DNA of 64,000 nucleotides from Hyphomicrobiales bacterium (GCA_027065555.1 JAMONS010000129.1:195-64194), one strand, 5' to 3'. Counted from the stretch's first letter, positions 11,708-22,066 are shown. The notes: generated by a model not told the origin, from the letters alone. Made by a program: numbers and translations.

Positions 11708-13189
11708 TTACTTAGAAATACGTAATTTTCTTAGTGAATCAGCAATATCTTCAAATGCTGCTTCTAATTCAGAACTATTATCAGCATCATAATAAGAACC
11801 ACCATTGCCTGCACAGTTTTGTAAAATCTCTTCAATATCGCTATCATCAACATCAAAGGCAATTGTATAGACAATAATATTATCGCCTCTTATATTACCG
11901 CATAATTCTTCAGTCTTTTCATTTGCATCATCTACATCATCACCATAATGCCATGAATCTACGTTTGAAGGCCTTGCGCCCTGATTGAGCATCCATTGAT
12001 AACCTCCAATACCTATTGATCGAGTATTAGCTCCATCAGTTAATATCACCATTACTTTTTTATTGGCATCCCCATAAGGTGCTGCATCAGTAAATGGCTC
12101 TGCATTTGACAGCAATCGCCATCCCCATATTAAGCCAACAGGTATATAAGTATAGGAGTGGTTATTTTGAGCAGTTCTCATTCTTGATATAGCACTTCGA
12201 ATGGTATCTTCATCAGAGGTTAAGCGTGTCAGAGGTCTGGTGGCCCAATAAAGATTCCAGCGTGTCATTAGACCAGGTACGGGGTCTGTATCATATGATT
12301 CATCGGTGACATTTAAGGGGTAATCACGTGAACCCATACTGCCATACCATCTAAATCGATAATCACTGCGTGCACTACATACCCATACTCTCTCGCCCCT
12401 ATCTCCAGTACAATTAAAATAGCGCCATCTTTGGCAAGTAGTTTCAACGCCATCAACTACACAATCATAACTCACTCTTTCTCGCTCACAGCTACGTGTT
12501 GAATTAGGATAAGTCCAACGACAAGAATCTGCTTGTGGTACTGAAAAATCATCGGGAATATCAATTCCCGGCTCATCTCTATTAGACGTACCGATATTTA
12601 CAGCTTGGGTAAATGGGACAAGACCTACCCTGATATTATCATTGTCAGCCCCTGAGAACAACTCCGTCACCAACAAATCTGCGGCAGTTTTAAGACCATC
12701 CATCTTTTCTCCATTCATAGAGAATGTATTATCAAGCACCATCACTACTTCTATGCCTAAAAGAGAATCCACCACTTCGGAATACACACTGACTTGTAGG
12801 CTGGATATGCCTATTAACCTCAAGAAAGATGTATTAATTGACGTTGTAACATCAACTCGTACACCGTCCTCTAATCTGGTTGCAACTAGTTCTATATTGT
12901 TTGCAAATGCGGCATTTACTAAATTATCGGTAAAAACATTTTCTGCAATTTCTTGCATTTCCTCATCATCATTCTTATCAGCCTTTACAGCTGCAAGAGC
13001 GGCTACATCTACTGCCACTTGCATTTCTGAACGTGCCGATGAAACCGCTGAATAATCTACCATAGCCCCTGAAAAAGCCAAAATCGGCAAAAGGACGATA
13101 GCAAAAATAACAGCAACTACGCCTTTGTCTTCTCTTGTTAAGAACTTCAAAAACGATGATGATATTTTAGACAATGAAAATGATTGCAT
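11708..13189 (-). CDS. TadG-like protein: N-terminal Flp-pilus TadE/G-type helix plus a VWA domain with a Cys-rich insert
   Basis: 493 aa. REDKGVVAVIFAIVLLPILAFSGAMVDYS, LDNTFSMNGEK, IIVYTIAF...CAGNGGSYYDA. GAGGG Shine-Dalgarno 6 nt before the ATG. Confidence 0.85.
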   Translation of the reverse strand: MQSFSLSKISSSFLKFLTREDKGVVAVIFAIVLLPILAFSGAMVDYSAVSSARSEMQVAVDVAALAAVKADKNDDEEMQEIAENVFTDNLVNAAFANNIELVATRLEDGVRVDVTTSINTSFLRLIGISSLQVSVYSEVVDSLLGIEVVMVLDNTFSMNGEKMDGLKTAADLLVTELFSGADNDNIRVGLVPFTQAVNIGTSNRDEPGIDIPDDFSVPQADSCRWTYPNSTRSCERERVSYDCVVDGVETTCQRWRYFNCTGDRGERVWVCSARSDYRFRWYGSMGSRDYPLNVTDESYDTDPVPGLMTRWNLYWATRPLTRLTSDEDTIRSAISRMRTAQNNHSYTYIPVGLIWGWRLLSNAEPFTDAAPYGDANKKVMVILTDGANTRSIGIGGYQWMLNQGARPSNVDSWHYGDDVDDANEKTEELCGNIRGDNIIVYTIAFDVDDSDIEEILQNCAGNGGSYYDADNSSELEAAFEDIADSLRKLRISK

Positions 13190-13279
13190 GAGGAACCCTC
13201 CAAGTACTTGAAATTTTACCTTAGATGAAAAAAATAAATATTAATTAAAGGCGAATAATAAAATTTTATCTAATATTAT

Positions 13280-13719
13280 GGTGGGGTCGGGAGCGTAAGA
13301 GACTAACAGCCTGCCCGTACTAGATACGGGGCGGCAAGAATAAAGAAAAGCAACTTAGCCAATTATAGAATGGAAAAAGAATAAACGGCGGGGGTGTCGG
13401 GGTTGGGAGCATAAGCGACCAACGGCGACAAGAATAAAGAAAGCAACCTAACAAGATTATAGAGTGGGAAAAGAACAAACGGCGGGGGTGTCGGGGTCGG
13501 GAGCGTAGCGACCAACGGCGACAAGAAAAAATGAGACCAACGGCGACAAGAATAAAGAAAGCAACAGCGCGCCCTACGCTCCTAATGGAGCTACGGAGCG
13601 GCATAAGCTATTCTAAGGTTATTATAGGATTTTAGTTTGTTTCTGGCAGTCCGCCTACGCCAAGGCTTCGGTGGACATAAGCTATTCTAAGGTTCACTAT
13701 GTTCACCAAGAATAGCTAA
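13280..13719. repeat. Array of three units (about 95-bp period) of the GC-rich modular repeat plus hairpin modules, abutting the 3' end of tRNA-Val
   Basis: Units begin at about 13280, 13387 and 13480 (GGCGGGGGTGTCGGGGTYGGGAGC...GACCAACGGCGACAAGAATAAAGAAAGCAAC). Followed by hairpin modules CCCTACGCTCC..GGAGCGG and GTCCGCCTACGCCAAGGCTTCGGTGGAC. Confidence 0.88.
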
Positions 13720-13795
13720 TGGTGGGCGATGAGAGACTCGAACTCCCGACATCCTCGGTGTAAACGAGGCGCTCTACCAACTGAGCTAATCGCCC
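13720..13795 (-). tRNA. tRNA-Val (anticodon TAC)
   Basis: Reverse complement GGGCGATTAGCTCAGTTGGTAGAGCGCCTCGTTTACACCGAGGATGTCGGGAGTTCGAGTCTCTCATCGCCCACCA, with anticodon loop TT-TAC-AC. Confidence 0.93.
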
Positions 13796-13875
13796 TAAAG
13801 GGTGAAACGATGTAAAATTATCGCTTAGTGTGAATGGGATATTGTGTTGTGAGCCTTTCGTCAACTTTTCTTTTC

Positions 13876-13918
13876 AAAAAAATAAAAAAAGGCTTCAAAA
13901 AGCAAATTTTGAAGCCTT
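13876..13918 (-). terminator. Rho-independent terminator after hupB
   Basis: Perfect 12-bp stem AAGGCTTCAAAA / TTTTGAAGCCTT (6-nt loop) followed on the minus strand by a long T run. Confidence 0.88.
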
Positions 13919-13941
13919 AGAATAATAGTTTTACACTAAAA

Positions 13942-14214
13942 TTAGTTGATAGCTTCTTTTAGACCTTTACCAGCCTTAAATTTAGCTTGGTTAGAAGCTG
14001 GAATATCAATCGCTTCGCCAGTTGAAGGATTGCGGCCTTTGCTTGCTTTGCGGCGTGTTACTGCAAAAGTACCAAAACCAATCAGACGAACATCTCCGCC
14101 ATCTTTTAGAGTTTGTGTAATAGTATCAATCACTGCTTCAACTGCACTTGTAGCATCTGCTTTTGAAATGCCTGCTTTTTCAGCTACTGCTGAACTTAGT
14201 TCATTCTTGTTCAT
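13942..14214 (-). CDS. hupB: DNA-binding protein HU
   Basis: 90 aa: MNKNELSSAVAEKAGISKADA...GFGTFAVTRRKASKGRNPSTGE. Confidence 0.95.
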   Translation of the reverse strand: MNKNELSSAVAEKAGISKADATSAVEAVIDTITQTLKDGGDVRLIGFGTFAVTRRKASKGRNPSTGEAIDIPASNQAKFKAGKGLKEAIN

Positions 14215-14352
14215 ATTAATTCCTTAAATTAGCTTCATTCGCCCCCAAAGAAGCGAATCTAATATTTGTATATTTTTCTGATTCTGTCTTAAAGGCAAGG
14301 AAAACTAGGGTTTTTATCAGTTTTCCTACTTAAAAACTGTGATTTAGGGCTT

Positions 14353-15546
14353 TTAGCCGCTTTTTTTAGAAATTCTTTGCCAAGCCGAGCCGCCAAAAAT
14401 GATGAATGGTAGCAAAATAATATATATTGCTGCCGCAACTAGCCACACACTACCCGGCCATTCGGGACGCACAATCGCATATATTTGTGTAAAAAATAAT
14501 GGCCCAACAACAGATGCTAAAGCCGCTAAGCTCATTAGAACCCCTTGCAACTGACCTTGTAAATCTTCACTAATCTTTGAGGTTAAGAGTGATTGTAAAG
14601 CTGGGCCACCTACTTCACCAAATGCGAATAAGGGTAATAAAATAAAAATCATCCACCCCTGCCCGATGAAAGCAACAATTATTAATGCTGAAATTTCAAA
14701 AAACAGCCCAAATAATATTGCCTTTTTCTCGCCTAACCATGAACTTACCATACCAGAAAATAATTGAGCAACTGCCATGCAAACGCCGTAAGCAGTAAGA
14801 GAAAGTCCTACCATTGCCCCCGACCACAAAAACTTATCTTGGGTAAACAGCACCCAAATTGTAGAGTAAATCGTCCCTACAAATGCAAAAAACACAGCTA
14901 TTACTAATAATTGTCTAACTGAGATTAGGTTAAGCGCCCAGATTATTGGTGCGAATGGATTTAATTTTCTAAAATTAAACCCTGTTTTTTTACCCTTGCG
15001 AGATTCGGGCAATAAAAATATTGCCAATAATAGATTAAAGCCATTCAAAATTGCGGCGGCTAAGAATGGAGCTCTAAGCCAGACTTCTCCTAGCAATCCG
15101 CCTAAAGCTGGTCCAATAATAAAACCAACACCAAAACAAGCTCCTAAAAAGCCAAAATACTTCGCTCTGTCATCATCTTTAGAAATATCAGTAATATAGG
15201 CTGAGGCAACCGCCATGCTTGCAGCTGTCATTCCAGCAATCAAACGCCCAATTATCAAAACTTCGATAGTTGGGGCAAATGCCATTATTAAATAATCAAT
15301 CGCCGCTCCACCCATAGCAATCATTAGGATAGGCCTGCGCCCGAAGCGGTCTGAAAGAATGCCAAGTAATGGTGCAAACAGGAATAACATTAGGGCATAA
15401 CCCGCAATGATTATTCCATAAAGTATAGTTATCTCGCTAGAAGCAGTTAGCTCACGCAATAAACTAGGCAAAATAGGGAAAATCAGACCAATACCAATCG
15501 CATCTATTGTGACTGATAAAAGAATTACAACCAAAGCCTTGTTCAT
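14353..15546 (-). CDS. MFS transporter, TetA/TCR-like drug:H+ antiporter family
   Basis: 397 aa, about 12 TM segments, MFS motif A GILSDRFGRRPIL. Confidence 0.85.
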   Translation of the reverse strand: MNKALVVILLSVTIDAIGIGLIFPILPSLLRELTASSEITILYGIIIAGYALMLFLFAPLLGILSDRFGRRPILMIAMGGAAIDYLIMAFAPTIEVLIIGRLIAGMTAASMAVASAYITDISKDDDRAKYFGFLGACFGVGFIIGPALGGLLGEVWLRAPFLAAAILNGFNLLLAIFLLPESRKGKKTGFNFRKLNPFAPIIWALNLISVRQLLVIAVFFAFVGTIYSTIWVLFTQDKFLWSGAMVGLSLTAYGVCMAVAQLFSGMVSSWLGEKKAILFGLFFEISALIIVAFIGQGWMIFILLPLFAFGEVGGPALQSLLTSKISEDLQGQLQGVLMSLAALASVVGPLFFTQIYAIVRPEWPGSVWLVAAAIYIILLPFIIFGGSAWQRISKKSG

Positions 15547-15561
15547 AAGTTTCCTTAAATT

Positions 15562-15589
15562 CTAAAGGCGCTACTTTAAGCGCCTTTAG
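15562..15589 (-). terminator. Hairpin after lon (possible terminator)
   Basis: Perfect 11-bp stem CTAAAGGCGCT / AGCGCCTTTAG with a 6-nt loop. The trailing U tract on the minus strand is weak. Confidence 0.5.
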
Positions 15590-15607
15590 GTTTGCTTTGT
15601 AATAAAA

Positions 15608-18034
15608 CTAATGCGCTAATCCCGAGGGTTTTTTATCTTCATTTTTCTTCAAATCAAGTGCCGCTTGCTTTTCAAAATCCCACTCAATTGGCTCTAAATC
15701 ACGAACAAGAGCATGTTTAAGAACTTCGCCCATTCGAGAAACAGGAACTATTTCAAGCCCCTCCTTAACACTATCAGGCAATTCTTTAAGGTCTTTTATA
15801 TTGTCCTCTGGAATAAGAACTTTTTTAATTCCACCACGAAGTGCTGCTAAGAGTTTTTCTTTAAGGCCACCTATTGGCAAAACTCGACCTCGTAAAGTCA
15901 CCTCACCTGTCATTGCAACATCATGGCGCACTGGTATTTTTGTCATAATCGAAACAATAGCAGTTGCCATCGCAATGCCAGCAGAGGGGCCATCTTTTGG
16001 AGTTGCCCCTTCTGGCACATGCACGTGAATATCACGAGTTTCAAACATTGTTGGTTTGATACCAAAATCAATACAACGAGAATGAACATAAGAATTTGCG
16101 GCTGAAATACTTTCTTTCATCACGTCCTTTAGATTGCCCGTAACGGTCATTTTTCCTTTACCCGGAGTGATAACCCCCTCAATGGTAAGCAACACGCCAC
16201 CAACAGAAGTCCACGCCAGGCCTGTTACCAAGCCAACTTGCGCATCTTCTTCAATCTCACCATGCTTAAATGGCGGAGAGCCTAGATATTCTTCTAAAAT
16301 TTTAGCTGTAATTGTGATTTTTCTCTTCTTTGTGACCATCAAAGTTTTAACGGTTTTTCGCATCAGCTTAGAAATTTCACGCTTCAGATTACGCACTCCA
16401 GCTTCTCTCGTGTAGCGCTGAATAAGGGTTGTTAAAGCAGCATTTGGCAACACAAATTCGCTTTTCTTAAGACCGTGATCTTTAAGTAACACTGGCAACA
16501 GATGGCGTGTTGCAATTTCAAATTTCTCTTCTTCTGTATAACCAGAAATGCGAATTATTTCCATTCTATCCATTAAAGGACCAGGAATATTAAGCGTGTT
16601 TGAAGTTGTAACAAACATTACATCTGAAAGATCATAATCTACTTCTAGATAATGATCCGCAAATGTGCCATTTTGCTCAGGATCAAGCACTTCAAGCAAA
16701 GCCGAAGAAGGATCACCACGAAAATCCATACCCATTTTATCAATCTCATCTAGCAAGAATAGCGGGTTGCTTTTCCCAGCTTTTTTCATTGATTGAATAA
16801 CTTTACCGGGCATCGAGCCAATATAAGTCCTACGATGTCCACGAATTTCAGCTTCATCACGCACACCACCAAGTGACATACGCACAAATTCACGCCCAGT
16901 CGCACGAGCTATTGATTTACCTAGCGAGGTTTTTCCAACCCCCGGAGGGCCAACAAGACAAAGAATTGGCCCCTTTAATTTGCCAGTTCTTGCTTGTACC
17001 GCAAGATATTCAACAATTCGCTCTTTTACTTTTTCAAGGCCATAATGATCTTCATCAAGCACTTGTTCAGCAATTACTAGATCCTTATTTATTTTTGATT
17101 TTTTATTCCAAGGAATATTGAGTAACCAATCTAAATAATTGCGCACAACTGTTGCTTCTGCTGACATTGGTGACATCTGCTTGAGCTTTTTGAATTCAGC
17201 AAGCGCTTTAGTCTTTGCTTCTTTGCTTAATTTTGTTTTCTCTATTCGTGTCTCAAGCTCTTTAAGATCAGACGAGCTATCATCTCCATCGCCCAATTCT
17301 TTTTGAATAGCTTTCATTTGTTCATTAAGATAATATTCTCGCTGCGTTTTTTCCATTTGGCGTTTTACACGCCCACGAATACGCTTTTCAACTTGCAAAA
17401 CGCCTATTTCGCTTTCCATAAGTTCAAGAATTTCAGCAAACCTATCCGCAACAGATATTTTACTTAACAGCTCCTGCTTTTGAGCAATTTTAATAACTAG
17501 GTGTGAAGCTATTGTATCAGCGAGTTTTGAATAATCATCAATCTGATTAACTGCCGCAACTACTTCCACAGAAATCTTTTTGTTTAATTTCACATAATTT
17601 TCGAATTCTCTAAGAGCGGAACGAGCAAAGGCCTTTACCTCAACATTATCATAATTAGGCTCAATAAGGGTAATCGCTTGAGCCTCAAAATAATCATCTA
17701 CCTGCAAATATTTTTCAACCTTTGCTCTATTAAGCCCCTCAACAAGTACTTTTACAGTTCCATCAGGCAATTTTAATAATTGCAACACAGAAGCAATCGT
17801 TCCAAACTCATTTATATCTTCTGGTTTCGGATCGTCGTCTTGGGCGTTTTTTTGAGTAACGACTAAAATATGTTTATCATCTCGCATTACTTCTTCAAGC
17901 GCTCTGACTGATTTTTCACGGCCGACAAATAGCGGCACAATCATACCCGGAAAAACCACAATATCACGTAAAGGCAATACTGGGTAAGCGTCTTCACGCC
18001 CAGCTTCTAAAATATCCTTGTCTAATACAGACAT
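15608..18034 (-). CDS. lon: ATP-dependent Lon protease
   Basis: 808 aa. Walker A GPPGVGKTS and protease active-site region PKDGPSAG. Confidence 0.97.
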   Translation of the reverse strand: MSVLDKDILEAGREDAYPVLPLRDIVVFPGMIVPLFVGREKSVRALEEVMRDDKHILVVTQKNAQDDDPKPEDINEFGTIASVLQLLKLPDGTVKVLVEGLNRAKVEKYLQVDDYFEAQAITLIEPNYDNVEVKAFARSALREFENYVKLNKKISVEVVAAVNQIDDYSKLADTIASHLVIKIAQKQELLSKISVADRFAEILELMESEIGVLQVEKRIRGRVKRQMEKTQREYYLNEQMKAIQKELGDGDDSSSDLKELETRIEKTKLSKEAKTKALAEFKKLKQMSPMSAEATVVRNYLDWLLNIPWNKKSKINKDLVIAEQVLDEDHYGLEKVKERIVEYLAVQARTGKLKGPILCLVGPPGVGKTSLGKSIARATGREFVRMSLGGVRDEAEIRGHRRTYIGSMPGKVIQSMKKAGKSNPLFLLDEIDKMGMDFRGDPSSALLEVLDPEQNGTFADHYLEVDYDLSDVMFVTTSNTLNIPGPLMDRMEIIRISGYTEEEKFEIATRHLLPVLLKDHGLKKSEFVLPNAALTTLIQRYTREAGVRNLKREISKLMRKTVKTLMVTKKRKITITAKILEEYLGSPPFKHGEIEEDAQVGLVTGLAWTSVGGVLLTIEGVITPGKGKMTVTGNLKDVMKESISAANSYVHSRCIDFGIKPTMFETRDIHVHVPEGATPKDGPSAGIAMATAIVSIMTKIPVRHDVAMTGEVTLRGRVLPIGGLKEKLLAALRGGIKKVLIPEDNIKDLKELPDSVKEGLEIVPVSRMGEVLKHALVRDLEPIEWDFEKQAALDLKKNEDKKPSGLAH

Positions 18035-18115
18035 AAACTATCCTTTTTTATTATCTGTCTAAAAACAGACAAAACTTTAGGCACTTGCCCTAAGTTTTAA
18101 CTTAACTCTAATAAT

Positions 18116-18143
18116 AGATAGGTTTGTTAATTGATTCTACAAG
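18116..18143 (-). promoter_or_regulatory. RpoH (sigma-32)-type heat-shock promoter for lon
   Basis: The minus strand reads CTTG-tagaatcaattaacaaa(17 nt)-CCTATCT. This is an exact fit to the alpha-proteobacterial heat-shock consensus CTTG-N17-CYTATNT, about 80 nt upstream of the lon ATG. Confidence 0.6.
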
Positions 18144-18279
18144 GTAAAAATAGCAAAACAACGAATTATACCGCAAATAAGACAGCCTTAAATGCTAAAC
18201 ATACAACAGATAAAGCCATAGCTTAGCGTGTTTGCTACTAACTAAAAACCTATCAGCCCATAAAAACTATTCTGCAAGC

Positions 18280-19593
18280 TTAAGCTGCAGGCTCTTTAGC
18301 TTTTTTGCTCTGTTCTTCGTCTGGCTTTTCTTCGTCTGTTTCCTGCTTTTCTTCATAAATATAAAGCGGACGTACGTCTTCACCACTTACAACTTCTGCA
18401 CTAATAACTACCTCTTTTACCCCTTCAAGTCCGGGTAAGTCATACATAGTATCTAGCAAAATTGCTTCCATGATTGAACGCAAGCCACGTGCACCAGTTT
18501 TACGAAGAATTGCTTTTTCAGCAATTTCCGTAAGCGCATCTTCATGGAAAGTCAGTTCAACTTTTTCCATATTAAACAGACGCTGATATTGACGAACCAG
18601 CGCATTTTTAGGCTTGGTAAGAATTTCAATTAATGCATCTTCATCAAGTTCTTCAAGTGTTGCAATAACTGGCAAACGACCGATAAATTCAGGAATAAGT
18701 CCAAATTTTACCATATCTTCAGGCTCAACTTGAGCAAATAATTCACCAATTTTTTGATCTTCTGCATCTTTTACTTCAGCTGAAAAACCTATTGATGACC
18801 CATCACCACGTGCTGAAATTATTTTTTCTAAGCCAGCAAAAGCGCCGCCAACAATGAACAGGATATTTGTGGTGTCAACTTGCAAAAATTCTTGTTGCGG
18901 GTGCTTGCGTCCACCTTGCGGAGGAACAGAAGCAACTGTGCCCTCCATAATTTTCAAAAGAGCCTGTTGCACGCCCTCACCCGATACATCTCGAGTAATT
19001 GATGGATTATCGCTTTTACGAGAAATTTTATCAACTTCATCAATATAAACGATACCACGCTGGGCTTTTTCTACGTCATAATCAGCCGCTTGCAATAGTT
19101 TTAATATGATATTTTCGACATCTTCACCAACATAACCAGCTTCTGTAAGCGTCGTTGCATCAGCCATAGTAAAGGGCACATCAATGATGCGAGCTAATGT
19201 TTGCGCTAACAAAGTCTTACCACAACCAGTTGGCCCAATAAGCAAGATATTAGATTTTGAAAGCTCGATATCTTGTTCTTTTTTAGCGTGATGTAAACGC
19301 TTATAGTGATTGTGAACCGCAACAGAAAGCACACGTTTAGCCTTTGCTTGCCCAATCACGTAATCATCAAGAACCTTACATATTTTCGAGGGAGTTGGTA
19401 CGCCATCAGAAGATTCAACGCTTGCAGCTTTATTCTCTTCTTTGATGATGTCCATGCACAATTCAACGCATTCATCGCAGATAAAAACAGTAGGCCCTGC
19501 AATTAATTTGCGAACTTCATGTTGAGATTTGCCGCAAAATGAACAATAGAGCGTGTTTTTGCCGCTCTCACCATCTGACTTATCTTTTGACAT
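18280..19593 (-). CDS. clpX: ATP-dependent Clp protease ATP-binding subunit ClpX
   Basis: 437 aa. Zinc ribbon [27 protein letters not shown] and Walker A GPTGCGKT. Extra charged tail [24 protein letters not shown]. Confidence 0.97.
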   Translation of the reverse strand: MSKDKSDGESGKNTLYCSFCGKSQHEVRKLIAGPTVFICDECVELCMDIIKEENKAASVESSDGVPTPSKICKVLDDYVIGQAKAKRVLSVAVHNHYKRLHHAKKEQDIELSKSNILLIGPTGCGKTLLAQTLARIIDVPFTMADATTLTEAGYVGEDVENIILKLLQAADYDVEKAQRGIVYIDEVDKISRKSDNPSITRDVSGEGVQQALLKIMEGTVASVPPQGGRKHPQQEFLQVDTTNILFIVGGAFAGLEKIISARGDGSSIGFSAEVKDAEDQKIGELFAQVEPEDMVKFGLIPEFIGRLPVIATLEELDEDALIEILTKPKNALVRQYQRLFNMEKVELTFHEDALTEIAEKAILRKTGARGLRSIMEAILLDTMYDLPGLEGVKEVVISAEVVSGEDVRPLYIYEEKQETDEEKPDEEQSKKAKEPAA

Positions 19594-19736
19594 ATTTTAC
19601 TCCAAACAATTTTATTTTAACATACGCTAATCTACAAAAATAAATAAACTCTAAGCATCATGATACATATTTGTTATAATTGAGGCAATTATGTATCAGA
19701 TAGATTAGAAACTGGGTTAATTACAGGTAATATGCC

Positions 19737-20360
19737 CTAGTCTTCAGGCATTACACGCTTTTCATGTATCTGGTCGATAATGCCAAAATCCTTTGCATCT
19801 TGAGGTGAGAGAAAATTATCACGCTCAAGCGCCATTTCAATGGCATCATAATCTTGGCCTGTATGTTTTACATAAATATCATTGAGCCGCTTTTTAACAT
19901 TCTCGGTCTCACGAGCATGAATCATAATATCAGTTGCTTGCCCCTGATAACCGCCTGATGGCTGGTGCAACATAACTCTTGAATTTGGTAAAGAACCACG
20001 CATACCCTTTTCACCCGCAGCAAGCAGGAGCGAGCCCATAGAAGCCGCCTGCCCCATGCACAATGTTGCGACACTTGGGCGAATAAATTGCATAGTATCA
20101 TAAATTGAAAGACCTGATGTCACAACACCTCCCGGAGAATTTATATACATAGAGATTTCTTTTTTAGGATTTTCTGATTCCAAAAATAAAAGCTGCGCAA
20201 CAATCACCGAAGCCATATTGTCTTCAACCTGTCCCGTAACAAAAATAATACGCTCTTTAAGCAAGCGAGAATAAATATCGTAAGAGCGCTCGCCCCTATT
20301 TGTCTGCTCAACCACCATTGGCACAAGCGTATTCATATATGTATCTATTGGATCTCTCAT
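19737..20360 (-). CDS. clpP: ATP-dependent Clp protease proteolytic subunit
   Basis: ATG at 20360 gives [34 protein letters not shown]..., matching typical ClpP N-termini. Has the catalytic GQAASMGS and MLHQPSGG motifs. The ORF track extends to 20414. Confidence 0.95.
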   Translation of the reverse strand: MRDPIDTYMNTLVPMVVEQTNRGERSYDIYSRLLKERIIFVTGQVEDNMASVIVAQLLFLESENPKKEISMYINSPGGVVTSGLSIYDTMQFIRPSVATLCMGQAASMGSLLLAAGEKGMRGSLPNSRVMLHQPSGGYQGQATDIMIHARETENVKKRLNDIYVKHTGQDYDAIEMALERDNFLSPQDAKDFGIIDQIHEKRVMPED

Positions 20361-20493
20361 TTTGGAAGCCTTTTTACAATTAAAACGAATCACATTTAGT
20401 TTAGCTGATTGCAACCGATAACGGGTTAACGGGCAGTAAAAGTCAGATAGTTATTTTTTTTAATAGTTAAAGACCTCATAATAAATATATAAA

Positions 20494-21153
20494 TTAAATT
20501 TCATCAATTTCAATTTGCAGTTTCTTAATAAAGTTAGCCAAGCCATTTTGCCTTATCCGTGCCAAGCGAGAGGTCTTTAATATATTAGCCACTTCATTTG
20601 AGGTTTTCGCTAAATCTTCATTGATTAAAACATAATCATATTCTGCCCAATGCTCAATTTCTATACGGGCATTTTTTAAGCGTCGCTCTATTACTTCATC
20701 ACTATCAAGTGCTCGGGTTTTTAGGCGAGAATGTAATTCTTTAATTGATGGCGGCAAAATAAAAACCGAAACCATATCCGCTCGGCAATGCTCATAAAGC
20801 TGTTGTGTTCCTTGATAATCAATATCAAAAATTACATCTTGTCCGCTAGCAATCATCTCATCAACTTGAGCCTTTGGGGTTGCATAATAATTATCATGCA
20901 CCTTCGCCCATTCAAGCAACTGCCCTGCACCTTTGAGAGAATTAAATTGCTCAATAGCTTTGAAATGGTAATCCTTGCCATCAATTTCGCCATCACGCAT
21001 TGGTCGAGTAGTTAGCGATACCGACATTGTTAGGTTATTATCTGACTTAAGTAAATTACGAGTAATAGAGCTCTTACCTGCCCCAGAAGGCGAAGCAATA
21101 ACTAACATAATTCCACGTCGATTAATATTCACTATAATGCCCTCATCATTCAA
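20494..21153 (-). CDS. gmk: Guanylate kinase
   Basis: 219 aa with RRGIMLVIASPSGAGKSS P-loop. TTG start at 21153, overlapping the yicC stop. An ATG alternative at 21108 would lose the conserved RRG. Confidence 0.9.
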   Translation of the reverse strand: MNDEGIIVNINRRGIMLVIASPSGAGKSSITRNLLKSDNNLTMSVSLTTRPMRDGEIDGKDYHFKAIEQFNSLKGAGQLLEWAKVHDNYYATPKAQVDEMIASGQDVIFDIDYQGTQQLYEHCRADMVSVFILPPSIKELHSRLKTRALDSDEVIERRLKNARIEIEHWAEYDYVLINEDLAKTSNEVANILKTSRLARIRQNGLANFIKKLQIEIDEI

Positions 21154-22048
21154 TATTTGCTACTTGTTCACGAAATTGATCAATCACTACTTTTAGGTCA
21201 AGACCAATAGATGTGAGATCAACTGCATTTGATTTTGAACAAAGAGTATTCGCTTCACGGTTAAATTCTTGTGAAAGAAAATCAAGTTTCCTGCCGATAG
21301 CACCACCATCAAGAATAAATTGACGGGCGCTACTTGCATGCGCATCAAGACGATCAAGCTCTTCTCTTATATCAGCTTTTGTTGCTAATAATGCAGCTTC
21401 TTGCATTAATCGCTCTTGTGTAAAGCTAGGATTTAACTCGACCAAATCGCTCACCTGTTGCTTTAGACGCTCCAAAATCACTTCACGCTTACGAGATGGG
21501 TGGTTATTTGCTAATTTTATTAGGTGATTAATTTCGTCTAAGCGCTCTAACAATATGAGTTTTAATTTTTCACCTTCAAGCTGGCGGCTTTCAAGCAATT
21601 CCTCTAAGCAAACCTCAAATTTTTCACGAATTTGCTCAATTAAAATGGCTCTTGCCTGTTCTGATAATTGAGCATCACGAGTTTCTAACACCCCTCTTAA
21701 AGCCAATATGCCATCAAGTCGTGGCCTATCAGCTTCTATGCGAGTAGAAAGCGCATCAATAGCATCTAAAACTGTTCCTAATGCCTGCTCATTTATTGAT
21801 ATTTCACTAGTCTTTGCACTAGATTTATAAGTAATTGAAATTGCCAACGAGCCACGAGTTAGGCGATTTGCGATAATTTTTTTAAGCTTTTGCTCTAATT
21901 CTTCAAATCCAGAACTTATTCTAAGGCGAATATCTAGCCCACGAGAATTAACAGATCTTATTTCTATTAAAATATCACCGCCCTCAACTTGGATAGAGTG
22001 GCGAGCATATCCAGTCATTGATGATAGTTTTTTATTGGTAATTGGCAT
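21146..22048 (-). CDS. yicC: YicC/YloC family endoribonuclease
   Basis: 300 aa. N-terminal SSMTGYAR motif and a C-terminal DUF1732-like EFNREANTL motif. Confidence 0.9.
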   Translation of the reverse strand: MPITNKKLSSMTGYARHSIQVEGGDILIEIRSVNSRGLDIRLRISSGFEELEQKLKKIIANRLTRGSLAISITYKSSAKTSEISINEQALGTVLDAIDALSTRIEADRPRLDGILALRGVLETRDAQLSEQARAILIEQIREKFEVCLEELLESRQLEGEKLKLILLERLDEINHLIKLANNHPSRKREVILERLKQQVSDLVELNPSFTQERLMQEAALLATKADIREELDRLDAHASSARQFILDGGAIGRKLDFLSQEFNREANTLCSKSNAVDLTSIGLDLKVVIDQFREQVANIE

Positions 22049-22066
22049 AGATATATATTTCTATTA

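Noticed and set aside
13320-13604. 94-aa minus-strand ORF (…PRHPRRLFF… repeated)
   Set aside because: It lies entirely within the GC-rich repeat array. Its internal repeats simply mirror the DNA repeat units. It has no Shine-Dalgarno and a low-complexity composition, so it is a spurious ORF.
13280-13620. Possible CRISPR array (regularly spaced direct repeats)
   Set aside because: The period is about 95 bp, the inter-repeat segments are themselves conserved between units, the repeats are degenerate, and no cas genes or leader are present. It is a tandem mosaic repeat, not a CRISPR array.
20361-20414. Longer ClpP start ([18 protein letters not shown]...) from the ORF track
   Set aside because: The extension has no similarity to ClpP N-termini, whereas the ATG at 20360 gives the conserved [18 protein letters not shown] start.
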